Position numbers and translations under genes: made by a program. A stretch of 64,000 nt of DNA from Pseudomonadota bacterium (GTDB lineage: Bacteria > Bdellovibrionota > FAC87 > UBA2466). The stretch is taken from NCBI GenBank assembly GCA_043718025.1, contig JAYSWN010000091.1:1882-65881 (forward strand). Reading direction: 5' to 3'. Within the stretch, counting starts at the first letter, position 1. Every line of letters begins with the position of its first letter. This document shows positions 39,040-49,480 of the stretch, piece after piece. The notes under the pieces were generated by a model, which was given only the letters and a program-made list of their open reading frames with translations, did not search any database and was not told where the DNA came from.

Positions 39040-40239
39040 ATGCGTAGTCAAAACCCCGTAATTTTTGTCATTTGCGCTACTTTTTTCTCGTGCCCCTTTT
39101 ATGCTTCGGCGCTTACTTACGAAAAGCAAGCTGTCAAGGCGGCGTTGGCAAAGGCCCCCTTAGTTGCTGACGTTGAAGTACTGAACGTAGAAAAGAAAAA
39201 AGATCCCGTCTACGGAATTAAATTCAAAGCCCAAGCAAAACTATTAAACGTTATTCGTGACCAGCGCACGGGTACTTACGCCGGTGACCACACGGTGACA
39301 ATCGAGGGAATTGGGGGCGAGCTTGGAGAAGTTGGCGTCTATCTTACCGGCTACCCAAGGCCGGTGGCTGGAAAACGTTATCGCGCTTTTCTTACCCCTT
39401 CGAGCGACGGCTATTCGATCGTTGGCTTTGAAAATGGGTTTGCTCCGTTGGGCGGCGCTTCGGCATCGCGTTCTTACACTCGCAACCGCACCGACGGATC
39501 CAACGGCGACGGTAACGGCCCTTTTATTTTCTGGGATACGGCCTACTTTCCCATCCCGTACTACTTTTCGGCGCCTTCCTTTCGAAATTTTCCCGATTAC
39601 GTGGTCGCCATAGACAAGAGTTTGAACACTTGGCGCAGTGTGGAGGGTACGAATTTTGAGTTTCTGCCCATGGGGTGTACCAATAGCACTACGAGCGCAA
39701 ATGACGGGCTAAACCAAATCGTCTTCGTAAGCCGCGGATGGGATTTAGATCCCCTCGCCATCGCGGTAACCCGTAACTATTACATTTCGGGGAGTTCTCC
39801 GCGCACGGGCATGATTTTAGATTCCGATATACTCATTAACGGCCAGACCTACCGCTTTTCTACCACAAATCAACCTAGTACCCATGACGTGCAGAACATA
39901 ATCACGCATGAAGTCGGTCATGTTTTAGGTTTGGGACACGAGATCTCTCCCGAAGACAACGAATCTACCATGTACGCCTTCGCCGCTCCCAACGAGTTCA
40001 ATAAAACTAATCTTCACGTGAACGATTTAGAAGGAGTGAAGGAGGGGTATTCTGGCGCCGGCAACCGCATTCCGGGCCCGATAAGTTCAACCGCCTGTCT
40101 ACTGGGTACCCCGGGCACCTGCTTAGCCGTGCATAGCGATGCAAAGCCAACTCCATGGACATTGGTCAGTCTTGTGATTTTTTTAACCATGGCTTTAGCG
40201 GGCGGGCGGCAATTGATGCGCCAAGAGCGGCTTACTTAG
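39040..40239 (+). CDS. Secreted matrixin-like (M10) zinc metalloprotease
   Basis: Signal peptide. 'ITHEVGHVLGLGHE' is an HExxHxxGxxH metzincin motif. Gly/Asn-rich linker. C-terminal hydrophobic anchor. Confidence 0.75.
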   Translation: MRSQNPVIFVICATFFSCPFYASALTYEKQAVKAALAKAPLVADVEVLNVEKKKDPVYGIKFKAQAKLLNVIRDQRTGTYAGDHTVTIEGIGGELGEVGVYLTGYPRPVAGKRYRAFLTPSSDGYSIVGFENGFAPLGGASASRSYTRNRTDGSNGDGNGPFIFWDTAYFPIPYYFSAPSFRNFPDYVVAIDKSLNTWRSVEGTNFEFLPMGCTNSTTSANDGLNQIVFVSRGWDLDPLAIAVTRNYYISGSSPRTGMILDSDILINGQTYRFSTTNQPSTHDVQNIITHEVGHVLGLGHEISPEDNESTMYAFAAPNEFNKTNLHVNDLEGVKEGYSGAGNRIPGPISSTACLLGTPGTCLAVHSDAKPTPWTLVSLVIFLTMALAGGRQLMRQERLT

Positions 40240-40240
40240 T

Positions 40241-40969
40241 TTATTTAAGCTTCTTAAGCTCGGCCCGGGCTTTGGTGGCCGCCGCTCCTTTAGGAAACCG
40301 CTCCAACACTTCTTGGAAAAATAATTTCGCCTCTTTGTTCTTACCCGAAGCTCTAAAGGCCTGGCCCTGCCGCAAAATGGCGGTCGGCACTAATGAATCT
40401 TTTGGATAGGACTTGATGTAGTCAGAAAAGGCCAGAGTGGAAGAGGCAAACTCTTTGCCATTAAATAGACTCTCGCCCAAGTAGAATAAAGACCGGCGAG
40501 CCTCTTCCGTTTTTGGCTTACTTTTCATCACCGCTCGAAAAACCTCGGCCGACTCCTCGAATTTTTCGCTGTCATAGAGCGCTTTACCGGTGTCAAAACC
40601 AGCGCGACTGCGCTCTTCACTCTGCTTGCGTTGATCTTCAACCTGTTTGCGTTGAGACATCTCTTCTTCTACCGCACGTTGTTCGATCGCTTGAACTCGG
40701 GTGGCGAGGGTGCCTACCTCTTTCTTAAGCTCGTCATGATGGCCGCGAAGTTGAGAGCTTTGCTCATCAATAATCGTGGACAAGCGGGCCACCTCGGTTC
40801 GCAATTCGTCTACCGTCTGTTCGACATCAGCCCGTTGCCCCTTTTGGGTGGTCACTTCTTGTTTGATCTTCTCAAGCTCTTGCTCGCGCCGTACTTCGCT
40901 ACGAGTTTTACAACCCGGAAGCACTAAGAAAAAGAAGATGGCCAGCAGCGTGGTGAACAAGGTTTGCAT
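40241..40969 (-). CDS. cpoB: CpoB/YbgF-like lipoprotein (coiled coil + TPR) of the Tol-Pal system
   Basis: Lipobox 'LVLPGC'. Long coiled-coil region. C-terminal TPR-like 'AVMKSKPKTEEARRSLFYLGESLFNGKEFASSTLAFSDYIKSYPK'. Lies downstream of pal. Confidence 0.65.
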   Translation of the reverse strand: MQTLFTTLLAIFFFLVLPGCKTRSEVRREQELEKIKQEVTTQKGQRADVEQTVDELRTEVARLSTIIDEQSSQLRGHHDELKKEVGTLATRVQAIEQRAVEEEMSQRKQVEDQRKQSEERSRAGFDTGKALYDSEKFEESAEVFRAVMKSKPKTEEARRSLFYLGESLFNGKEFASSTLAFSDYIKSYPKDSLVPTAILRQGQAFRASGKNKEAKLFFQEVLERFPKGAAATKARAELKKLK

Positions 40970-40975
40970 AAGGGT

Positions 40976-41329
40976 CTACTTCGACGTTTCGGGTTCTGAC
41001 AACGTGTCAGCCTCGGGCTTTGGCTTTGCTGCACTCTGCTTCCGCAAAGCCTTGTATTCGGCCTGTTCCGCTAAAAGCCGCGCATCCGTGGCGTGTTTTC
41101 GCGCCGAGTCGAAATATCCGTCGGCATAATCACGTTTGGCGCGGAGGTAAAAATTTTCTGCCTTTCGATAGGCATCAACGGCAATGGCGTCGGCCTTTGC
41201 CTTCTGCGCTGACTTCACCGCCACATCGGCCAAAATCATTTCATCAACCGGCTTTGAACTACAGCCAACGAAAATGGCGGCCACGAATATCGCGGCCGCC
41301 ATTGCAAAATAATCAAACCGTGGTTTCAC
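40976..41329 (-). CDS. Small lipoprotein (DUF4398-like) between pal and cpoB
   Basis: 'AAIFVGCSSKP' lipobox. Helical K/A-rich. Confidence 0.5.
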   Translation of the reverse strand: MKPRFDYFAMAAAIFVAAIFVGCSSKPVDEMILADVAVKSAQKAKADAIAVDAYRKAENFYLRAKRDYADGYFDSARKHATDARLLAEQAEYKALRKQSAAKPKPEADTLSEPETSK

Positions 41330-41332
41330 AAC

Positions 41333-41860
41333 TTATTTCGAGAGCACGACAAACGAAGCGCGGCGGTTTCGGCCCCACGCTGATTCATCATGACCCGGAT
41401 CTTGAGGGCGCTCTTTGCCGTAGCTGATTACTGAAAGGCGGCTGGCATCAACTCCAAGGCGCACCAAATACTCTTTTGCCGCATTGGCGCGACGTTCGCC
41501 CAAGGCCAAGTTATACTCGGTAGTGCCGCGCTCATCGCAATGCCCTTCAATTTGCACCGAAGAAGAGGCGCCGTCTTTCATCCATTTTGCACTTTTCTTC
41601 AAAATGGTCTTTGCCTCGTTGCCTAACTTGAAACTATCGAAAGCAAACAGCACCGTTTCAAGTTCTGATGAAGAGGCACCACCGGCCTCGCCTGCGCCAG
41701 CCGTGCCCGCACTTTCCGCAGGAAGCCCATCTCCGCCCGTAGACGAAAATACCGGTTCATCTTCTTTCACATCTTTTTTGCTACAAGCGGACAGGCCCAC
41801 AATTAAAGTCAACGCAGCGACCGCGATCACTGATGCGCGAAGGTGCCGAATAACGTACAT
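41333..41860 (-). CDS. pal: Peptidoglycan-associated lipoprotein Pal (OmpA-like domain)
   Basis: Lipobox 'VGLSACS'. OmpA-like '[27 protein letters not shown]'. Confidence 0.85.
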   Translation of the reverse strand: MYVIRHLRASVIAVAALTLIVGLSACSKKDVKEDEPVFSSTGGDGLPAESAGTAGAGEAGGASSSELETVLFAFDSFKLGNEAKTILKKSAKWMKDGASSSVQIEGHCDERGTTEYNLALGERRANAAKEYLVRLGVDASRLSVISYGKERPQDPGHDESAWGRNRRASFVVLSK

Positions 41861-41968
41861 GCAAATCTCCTTGGTTAAACTCTGGCGAAAGCGCTATGAA
41901 AACACCTTTTTTTTCTAAATTCAACTCTGGTTACCGAAGCTTAAGCACATGGTATCCTATTTCGAATT

Positions 41969-44900
41969 ATGCACCTCGGCATGAAAACCGCCCTCTTGAT
42001 GCTTTTCTGCTGCGGTTGGCTAGTCGCCGAACCGCTCTACATCACTTTTCCGTCTGATGTGAATTGGATAACGCGGCGAACCAATCACTTTGAAATCATC
42101 TACCGCCGCGGTTATGACGACTTTGCGCTGCGCACTTTAAAGAATGCCGAAAGGGCCCACAAAATTCTGGCGCCATTGTTTCCCCAGGGGCCCGAGCTTA
42201 CCTACATTGTCTTGGCAGACTTTAACGACTCTACCAACGGCTACTCGGTTGACCTTCCCTACCCCCATATCGTGATCTTTGCCGCGCCGCCGGAACCCAG
42301 TGGAACCCTGGCGGCATTAGATGACTGGCTGTTCTCCATCGTCTTGCACGAGTACGTGCACACCCTTCACTTGTACCCTTCAAAAGGGGCGTGGAGCTTG
42401 TTACGGGCGATCTTTGGGCCGATCATATTGCCCAACGGCCTTCAGCCCACCCATTTTCATGAAGGGCTGGCCACGTTTTACGAAACCCAGTTCACCACCC
42501 GCGGCCGCGGCCGGGGAACCGAGTTCCCCATGTACCGGCGCATGGCGGTCGAAGAAAAGAAATGGGGCGACCAGTTCGCACCGCTCGATCTATTCGATGG
42601 ATCCACCAGCCGCTGGCCCGGCGGCACGTCGGCCTACTTCTTCGGCTACACGCTGTATGAAGAACTTTTTCGAAAAAAAGGAACCAAGGGCATTTATGAA
42701 TTGGTGGATGATTACAGCAAAAACTGGCCCTATTTCGTCAATGGTCCCCTAGAGAAGATTTACGGCTTTGATTACCCCACCGCTTGGAAAAACATTTTTG
42801 CGCGAACTGAGATTGAAGCTAAAAAAGAGATCGCCGACATTAAACGGGAGGGGTTAAGCGAAATTGAGTTCCTCACCGATACGCGCTTCAGTAAGTGGGA
42901 TCTCGCTAAGGTTCCTTACCTCGAGCCAGACAAAGAGGTAGTGGTTTACCGCAGCGCCAGCCCGAAAGAGGGGGGCTACCTCGAGGTTTTTGATGTTGCT
43001 AAAAAAAAGCGGGTTCGCCGCAAAAACCTTGGTTCTTCACGAACCGAAGGGATTTGCGCCGGCCTTCGCGAAGGCGAACCATGGATAATCTCGGTCGAAA
43101 ACCGCAGCAAAGATCACTACTCTACCAATTACGTCGACGTGTGGCAGCCCGATCGCGATGAAACGGTTTCTATCTCCTCCGACGGCTCAGAGTGGTCTAA
43201 CCTAAATCACATCCACCTACTTGGCTGTAACGAGGATCTTAACCATCTACTCGCTTACCGCGAACTGGGCGGCGAAGGCTCCGTATTTGATTTCTCGCTG
43301 GTCGATGGGCCAAAAAAAATGGTGCTTCCACGCGTTCAGATACACCGCTTTTGGCGAATTCCAGAGGGGTCACGCGTCACTGCACTGCTAGGGGGAAACA
43401 CTCCGTGGATTTTCGTGCGCAATGGCGCCGACACCGAGGCGTACTTTTGGCAGCCAAAAAGATCTCCCCAATTGGCTTTTAAAACCAAGGCCCATCTCTT
43501 TCAACTGCGCCGTAAAGAGGGTCAACTCTACTTCATTGGAGACCTTAACGGCCGCAACGAGATTATGCGTTGGGATCCCAAAACCCAGAGCATCGAAAAA
43601 GTGGCGGCACTACTCAGCGGGACTAACTCGTTTGTTTTTCAGCAAAAAGATTTTTTGGCCACCGTATACCGGCACGGCGGCTATGATTTAGCAAAAGTGG
43701 TGCCGCTGGCAAAACCCCGAACCCTTTATAGCCCTGATCCTCTCGCCACCGAAAAGCTCATCGATAAATCCAAAACCAAAAAGGGGCGCGAAAAAAAAGG
43801 AAAAGAGAAGGCGAACGAAAAGAAAAAGAAGGTAGCGCTTCAAGAACTGCCGGCCAAGCGAACTCCCGCGGCCGCGGCGAAGGCAATGACCTCGGCCGTC
43901 GACAACGAAGTGGAGCTAAGCATCCCCCGTCGCTATACGCCGTGGTCGACGCTACTTCCCCGAACGTGGATCCCCTCGTTTCTCTTCGTACCCGATGGCA
44001 TTCAATTTCTCATCTGGGTGCCCGGTTTTGATCTGTCGCAAACTCACTACTACGACATCATCGGCGGTTACGATCACCGCGGCGCGCAGGGGCAACCTTT
44101 TATCGGATTGAATTACCGTTACCGTTTTTTAAAGACGACGCAGCTGCAGACCAACCTTTTCTATAATCCCAACTACCTTATTCTTAGCACCGGAGCTGCC
44201 TTCCAGACCATTTGGGGAGGTTCGCTCGCCCTTTCGAGCCTCGTTCCTATTCTTGGCATTCCCATTCGCTGGACACTAAGTGCCATTGCCCAACGAGTCG
44301 AGCAGTTCGGCGGCTATGCCGCAAATCAATCGATGGGGTTTGGAGTAGGTCTGAGCTATGATTTCGGTTACGAAACCCGCCCCCAATCTGTGTCACCGCA
44401 ATCGGGCACCACGCTTTCGATTGTCCATCAACAATTCTTTAAGCAGGTGGGAAGTTCCGACAATTACTACCGGCTCATCGCAGAAATAAAAACATTTCTA
44501 GCGGCGCCGTGGTGGGATAGTCACATTTGGGCCCTCACCATCAAAGGTGGCAGCACGTACGGCACCACGCCGACCAATTCGTATTTTCAAAGTGGCGGCG
44601 AGATCCTCTTTTCTCAAGCGCGAACCTACTACCAGAACCGAGGGTTTGCCTACGCAACCTTTACGTCGAGTCAGATCCTCAATGCCTCATTAGAGTATCG
44701 CTTTCCACTTTGGCGGGTAGAGCGTGGGTTGGGATTAAAACCGGTCTTTTTAAAGAATATTCACGGGCGACTCATCGCCGACACCACCTCGGTAAAGGAA
44801 CGTTCGCGCGAGGTCGCCAATCGATTCTTTTCCAGCGTAGGTGCCGAAATTCTCACCGATTGGACTTTTTCGTACTACCTACCCGCGCAACTTCGTCTAG

Positions 44901-44971
44901 GCGCATACCACGGGATAGGCCCCTTCGGAGAGCCGATAAGGGTAGTAATGGGAATGGATATTTCGCTTTAG
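41969..44971 (+). CDS. Large (1000 aa) secreted/outer-membrane protein with N-terminal HExxH motif
   Basis: Signal peptide 'MKTALLMLFCCGWLVA'. 'FSIVLHEYVHTLH'. Lys-rich internal linker (KSKTKKGREKKGKEKANEKKKK). Beta-rich, aromatic-rich C-terminal half. Confidence 0.5.
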   Translation: MHLGMKTALLMLFCCGWLVAEPLYITFPSDVNWITRRTNHFEIIYRRGYDDFALRTLKNAERAHKILAPLFPQGPELTYIVLADFNDSTNGYSVDLPYPHIVIFAAPPEPSGTLAALDDWLFSIVLHEYVHTLHLYPSKGAWSLLRAIFGPIILPNGLQPTHFHEGLATFYETQFTTRGRGRGTEFPMYRRMAVEEKKWGDQFAPLDLFDGSTSRWPGGTSAYFFGYTLYEELFRKKGTKGIYELVDDYSKNWPYFVNGPLEKIYGFDYPTAWKNIFARTEIEAKKEIADIKREGLSEIEFLTDTRFSKWDLAKVPYLEPDKEVVVYRSASPKEGGYLEVFDVAKKKRVRRKNLGSSRTEGICAGLREGEPWIISVENRSKDHYSTNYVDVWQPDRDETVSISSDGSEWSNLNHIHLLGCNEDLNHLLAYRELGGEGSVFDFSLVDGPKKMVLPRVQIHRFWRIPEGSRVTALLGGNTPWIFVRNGADTEAYFWQPKRSPQLAFKTKAHLFQLRRKEGQLYFIGDLNGRNEIMRWDPKTQSIEKVAALLSGTNSFVFQQKDFLATVYRHGGYDLAKVVPLAKPRTLYSPDPLATEKLIDKSKTKKGREKKGKEKANEKKKKVALQELPAKRTPAAAAKAMTSAVDNEVELSIPRRYTPWSTLLPRTWIPSFLFVPDGIQFLIWVPGFDLSQTHYYDIIGGYDHRGAQGQPFIGLNYRYRFLKTTQLQTNLFYNPNYLILSTGAAFQTIWGGSLALSSLVPILGIPIRWTLSAIAQRVEQFGGYAANQSMGFGVGLSYDFGYETRPQSVSPQSGTTLSIVHQQFFKQVGSSDNYYRLIAEIKTFLAAPWWDSHIWALTIKGGSTYGTTPTNSYFQSGGEILFSQARTYYQNRGFAYATFTSSQILNASLEYRFPLWRVERGLGLKPVFLKNIHGRLIADTTSVKERSREVANRFFSSVGAEILTDWTFSYYLPAQLRLGAYHGIGPFGEPIRVVMGMDISL

Positions 44972-44978
44972 AAAAACA

Positions 44979-46424
44979 TCACTTTGGCGCGACGGCGCTC
45001 TTGGCACCGTTTTTTGCGGTGGCAATATCAAAGATGTTCCAAGCTTTGAGATAGCTCAACGCTTGCGACAACTGATAGTCGGTCTTCATCATCTCTTTGG
45101 GATCGTCCATGCGAAGCTTTTTGCCGTCTTTTTCTTTGACCGGGCGTTTGTCTTCCTTGGCCACAACTTTTTCGTCACCTTTGGTCACCTTGTCATCATC
45201 ATCATCGTCTTTGCCATTCTTTTTCTCGTTCTCGCCGAGAATGTGGCCATCGAGGTCAGCCTCTTTTAAAGCTTTGCCCTTGCGGGCCTTTTCGATGATA
45301 GCAACGTCCAGACGATCCACTTCGATGTCGGGCGTAATGCCTTTGGATTGAATGGAGCGGCCATTCGGGGTGAAATAGCGAGCCACGGTCAGCTTCAGGC
45401 CCGATTTGTTTTCAAGATCAATAACGGTCTGCACTGATCCTTTGCCGAAAGTCTGCTTTCCGACCACCAAAGCACGCTTATGATCTTGTAAAGCCCCGGC
45501 CACAATTTCGCTCGCACTGGCCGACGCTTCGTTTACGAGCACCACCATCTTCTGATCTTTGTACGGTCGGTCACCACGGGCGTATTCAATCTCTTTTTTT
45601 GCTTTATTGCGGCCTACCGTCGACACCACCGGTAACTTATCGAGGAAAAGCCCCGAAACCGAAACCGCTTCTTCTAGCAGCCCGCCTGGGTTACTGCGCA
45701 GGTCAAGCACCATGCCTTGCAAGGGCTTACCGTTCTGATGCGTGAGTTGCTCAATCTTTTTTCTGAGGTCGCGGCTCGTGGTGCTCTGAAAATTGGTAAT
45801 ACGCAACCAAGCGTAATCGGGTTCAATCATGCCGCCCTTAATGCTGACCACCTTAATAATGTCGCGGGTCATCTCAATGGGTATCAGCTTTTCGGAGCTC
45901 TTGCGGGCAACGTGTACCGTAACTTTTGAGCCTTTTTCGCCACGCATAGAGTTTACGGCGTCGATCAAGGTCATGCCCTTGGTCTCTTTTTTCATTTTTT
46001 TGTTTTTATCTTCGATGATCAAAATTTTGTCGCCGGGCTCAACGCCGGCAAAGAAGGCCGGAGTGTCTTCGATCGGAGTGACTACGGTAAGGTAACCATC
46101 GGTAATGGTGATTTCGATGCCCAAACCACCGAACTTGCCCGAAGTGTCCACCTGCATTTCGCGAAACTGTTCGGCCGGAAGGTAAACCGTGTGCGGATCT
46201 AAGGTGGCGAGCATTCCCTTAATCGCGCCTTCGATAAGCTTTTTGGTATCCACCTCTTCAACGTAGTTGTTCTGAACGAAGTGGAGCACCTTCGTAAAAA
46301 GATCGAGGTACTCGTAGTTGGGGGCGGCATTTACGGTTTGAAACTGCCCTATTCCGAGGGTTAGTCCCACTCCCACCACTACACCCGTTATCCCGTTCAT
46401 CATGCGACCGGCGCGCTTAAGCAT
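44979..46424 (-). CDS. ctp: Carboxyl-terminal processing protease (S41, PDZ-containing) with Asp/Lys-rich C-terminal extension
   Basis: PDZ 'GDKILIIED'. Catalytic Ser in 'NEASASASEI'. Lys in 'TFGKGSVQT'. Confidence 0.85.
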   Translation of the reverse strand: MLKRAGRMMNGITGVVVGVGLTLGIGQFQTVNAAPNYEYLDLFTKVLHFVQNNYVEEVDTKKLIEGAIKGMLATLDPHTVYLPAEQFREMQVDTSGKFGGLGIEITITDGYLTVVTPIEDTPAFFAGVEPGDKILIIEDKNKKMKKETKGMTLIDAVNSMRGEKGSKVTVHVARKSSEKLIPIEMTRDIIKVVSIKGGMIEPDYAWLRITNFQSTTSRDLRKKIEQLTHQNGKPLQGMVLDLRSNPGGLLEEAVSVSGLFLDKLPVVSTVGRNKAKKEIEYARGDRPYKDQKMVVLVNEASASASEIVAGALQDHKRALVVGKQTFGKGSVQTVIDLENKSGLKLTVARYFTPNGRSIQSKGITPDIEVDRLDVAIIEKARKGKALKEADLDGHILGENEKKNGKDDDDDDKVTKGDEKVVAKEDKRPVKEKDGKKLRMDDPKEMMKTDYQLSQALSYLKAWNIFDIATAKNGAKSAVAPK

Positions 46425-46667
46425 GTAAGCTCCTTAAAAGGGGTTCACCCTTAATTCTCCTTTCGGCAGGTTTCGAAGTGGGGATGAGCCCTTAAAAGTG
46501 CGGTTTTTCAGGACTGTGGCCGGAAATTCACAATGCCCGCCAAGAACCATGAATAATCTTTTCATTTCAGTAGGATAGCCTTTAAAAAATGGCTACCACC
46601 TCGGTTTTGATGCGGCGTATAATAGGAGAATGGGTTCGGGGTTTTAAGTTCGTTACGGGGGTCCGCT

Positions 46668-48407
46668 TTGCGATCGCGGCGTCATCAAAAAGGGCAAGTG
46701 GCCATTCTCTTTGCCCTCATTTTCACTTTCATGTTCATTCTCTTTGCGTTCGTCGTCGACATCGCCCACCTGATTAACACGAAAATGAATTTGCAAATCG
46801 CCGCCGACGAAGCGGCCTACGCGGGGGCCGCCATGCAAGCCCGCGCGCTGAACCGAATTGGGCAAATGAATTACCGCCTCCGCCAAGATTTAAAAGAGTT
46901 TGCGATGCGCGTGCAGGTCACTCACCTTCGCCACAACCGAAACTTTCCGCGCGGCAAAGCTTTTATCGATGGCGGCGATCAGGCGCAAAACACCGAGCCA
47001 TTTATTTGTCAGCAGGCCCACGGTTACAAAGCCATCTCGGGCCTTCGCTACGCCAACGACACCAACCTTTGTCGTAATGCTTCACCCAGCACCGGCGGCC
47101 TCCCGCCGATTATCGTTCCGCCGGTTATCGCCGCCTTCGACCCCTTTGCCCAAGCCATTGCCGCGCAGATTCGCAAAATTTCCGAAGCGGCCGATCAAGA
47201 GTGTAAGGCCGCCGCCAATGACAACCGCATTTTGGCCGAGCACTTAATTGCCACCTATACGGCGCGCAGCCAATTCCACGTCAAAAAAATGAAAGAGATG
47301 GAACAGTGGATGAATGAGGGGGGAAATGCAGACAGTCCGATCAGAACGGTAGCCTTCCGCTCGGCGATGAATAATCTTGCCCTCGCCAACACCTCAACTG
47401 AATTCGAAGTGTTGAAACCGCGTGGCGACAAGCCCTACATTCAGCTTACTCCCCAGCCAATGCGGGCTAGTCTTTTTTTCATCAACTTCAACGTGGTGGG
47501 TAGTGGTTGCGTGGGGCGCCCCAGTTTTATCGACTTCGAAGACTTCGTGCCGCTGGTAACCAAAGAGCAATCGATCATCACCTACTATGCGGTTCGTTTA
47601 AAATCCAAACCCGTACTCTTTTTCATGCCCCAGGCCTGGGGAAACAGTTTTCCCGAGCTGGTGGCCACCTCGGCCGCCAAACCGTTCGGCAGCCGCATCG
47701 GCCCCAGCGTTTCAGCCGACCAATTGGTGCCGTTGCAAAACCGGCCCGGCAACAACAGTCGCCTGATCAATTTTAGTTTCCGCCCCGGCGATCAGTTAGG
47801 AATCATGAATACAAAAGTGATGGCGCTGCTCGACTCCTTTCATCCGCTAAACGCGGCCTCGCGCCCCGACGGCAATCAAAACACCGGTTGGCCCGACGTG
47901 GGAAAAGGCGGTGGACTTGAAACGGCACTACGAATCATTCGCGCCCCAACCATTTTCGACGCCCTGATGTACCCGATTTTCCCCGACCAAGACCGTACCG
48001 ATGATTATCTAGAACCGAATATTGCGGCGGCCTCGTATCCAGAAAATGGTGAGGCCGCAGGCCGCGAAAAGGTGCCGGTTGAAGTCGTGGGCGCGGCCGC
48101 CTCCGGTGGCGCTTATAGCGGATACGCCAGCGCCAGCGAGGGGTCCTATAAAGTGGGTTTGCCGTCCGATATCGCCCCGCTAGAAAACAACCCGAAGGCC
48201 TTCGGCTGGGCCGATAAAGAGTTAATTCACAGTTCGTGGGGCCCCAACAATGGGCGCCGCCGCGTTGGCTACTCGGTAAAATTCATCGGTATGGATGCTT
48301 TGATGCGCACCTTACGCGTAAAACAGAACGACACTGGCCAACGGGGCCCGATTTCAAATCCGCCCGAAGACGATAACTTTGGTAGCCTCCGCGCCACGTA
48401 TCATTAA
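46668..48407 (+). CDS. TadE/TadG-like N-terminal domain protein (orphan)
   Basis: 'KGQVAILFALIFTFMFILFAFVVDIAHLINTKMNLQIAADEAAYAGA' matches the Tad pseudopilin-like N-terminal signature. No tad locus nearby. Confidence 0.5.
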   Translation: MRSRRHQKGQVAILFALIFTFMFILFAFVVDIAHLINTKMNLQIAADEAAYAGAAMQARALNRIGQMNYRLRQDLKEFAMRVQVTHLRHNRNFPRGKAFIDGGDQAQNTEPFICQQAHGYKAISGLRYANDTNLCRNASPSTGGLPPIIVPPVIAAFDPFAQAIAAQIRKISEAADQECKAAANDNRILAEHLIATYTARSQFHVKKMKEMEQWMNEGGNADSPIRTVAFRSAMNNLALANTSTEFEVLKPRGDKPYIQLTPQPMRASLFFINFNVVGSGCVGRPSFIDFEDFVPLVTKEQSIITYYAVRLKSKPVLFFMPQAWGNSFPELVATSAAKPFGSRIGPSVSADQLVPLQNRPGNNSRLINFSFRPGDQLGIMNTKVMALLDSFHPLNAASRPDGNQNTGWPDVGKGGGLETALRIIRAPTIFDALMYPIFPDQDRTDDYLEPNIAAASYPENGEAAGREKVPVEVVGAAASGGAYSGYASASEGSYKVGLPSDIAPLENNPKAFGWADKELIHSSWGPNNGRRRVGYSVKFIGMDALMRTLRVKQNDTGQRGPISNPPEDDNFGSLRATYH

Positions 48408-48409
48408 TC

Positions 48410-49480
48410 CTATTTAAGCCCGCCTGCCTCTATGAGACTGGCAAATGCGCGTTGGTATTTGGATTGATTAGAATTCACCAACCCCCCTCCCCCGACCGGG
48501 CCCACGATTCCGGCTCCGCGGTGCAAAGCATCCTCACCAAACCCTATCGCCAGAGGATAAAGGTAATCACGACTGTAGAACCTGCTGCGCATTTGGAACC
48601 GAGCCACCCCGGTTGCCCGCAAGGCCATCGAGATCAAGAGATCGTCAGAGTTACGGCAATCATCGCTTAGGCCCACCCAATCCAAAATAGTTTTAATTGG
48701 AATCATTTTGACCGGATAGGCGACCGCCGCAAAACCTTCCAAAACATCAACTCTTCTGAGGGCAATGTCATCGGACCAAAAATAGTCCCGTGCCGCTTCG
48801 CTCTTTATCCCTTTTAGATTCCACAGTCCCAATGGCCCGCCCGCACCGCCAATCGCAGAGTTGGGGTTTTGCGCGCTCGCGGCAATGAGTTCATTCACCA
48901 TTCCGGCGGGGTAGATGTTATCGTCGTCAATAGTAATGAGCAGCGGTTCATCCCTGCGTCCTGAAAGCCAAAGCGCCGCCGGCAGCAATTTTGTGGCCGG
49001 ACCCAAGTCATACTTCGTTCTTAATACGCGTACTTTGGGAACTTTTAGAAGTTCTTTTGGCACGTCATAGCGGCTTCCATCCCGACCAAAACGATCCGGC
49101 AGAATCACTAAAACTTCGGCCACGTGGGCGGTGTCTAAACTCAACAATACTTTGGCGAGGCTGCCGATACGGCTAGGGGTGGTAGTTACCGAAATATAAA
49201 CCGGATGCGTTTCTAAAAACTTCGAAATCTGATCGGATCTTTCTAGCCTTCGACGAGGATACAAATCCAGTCGCGCGATCCGCCGTTCGTCCGCCTGGTC
49301 AGAGCCAAAAAACAGCGCCTCGACACGGTGAGCCTGCTTAACCGCCGTTCGAATGAGCTTGCCTACGCAATCCTCAAAGAGGGTGTCGGGCGAACGGGTG
49401 TCAAACCTACCCGCGAAGCTTGGCGCAGCCGAGATCAAAAACGCAATCAAGACAATATGGAAAGACAAACGCACTCCCAA
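48410..49480 (-). CDS. Secreted protein with DxD-like motif, possible glycosyltransferase
   Basis: Signal peptide 'VLIAFLISAAPSFA'. 'LLITIDDDNIYP'. Confidence 0.35.
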   Translation of the reverse strand: MGVRLSFHIVLIAFLISAAPSFAGRFDTRSPDTLFEDCVGKLIRTAVKQAHRVEALFFGSDQADERRIARLDLYPRRRLERSDQISKFLETHPVYISVTTTPSRIGSLAKVLLSLDTAHVAEVLVILPDRFGRDGSRYDVPKELLKVPKVRVLRTKYDLGPATKLLPAALWLSGRRDEPLLITIDDDNIYPAGMVNELIAASAQNPNSAIGGAGGPLGLWNLKGIKSEAARDYFWSDDIALRRVDVLEGFAAVAYPVKMIPIKTILDWVGLSDDCRNSDDLLISMALRATGVARFQMRSRFYSRDYLYPLAIGFGEDALHRGAGIVGPVGGGGLVNSNQSKYQRAFASLIEAGGLK

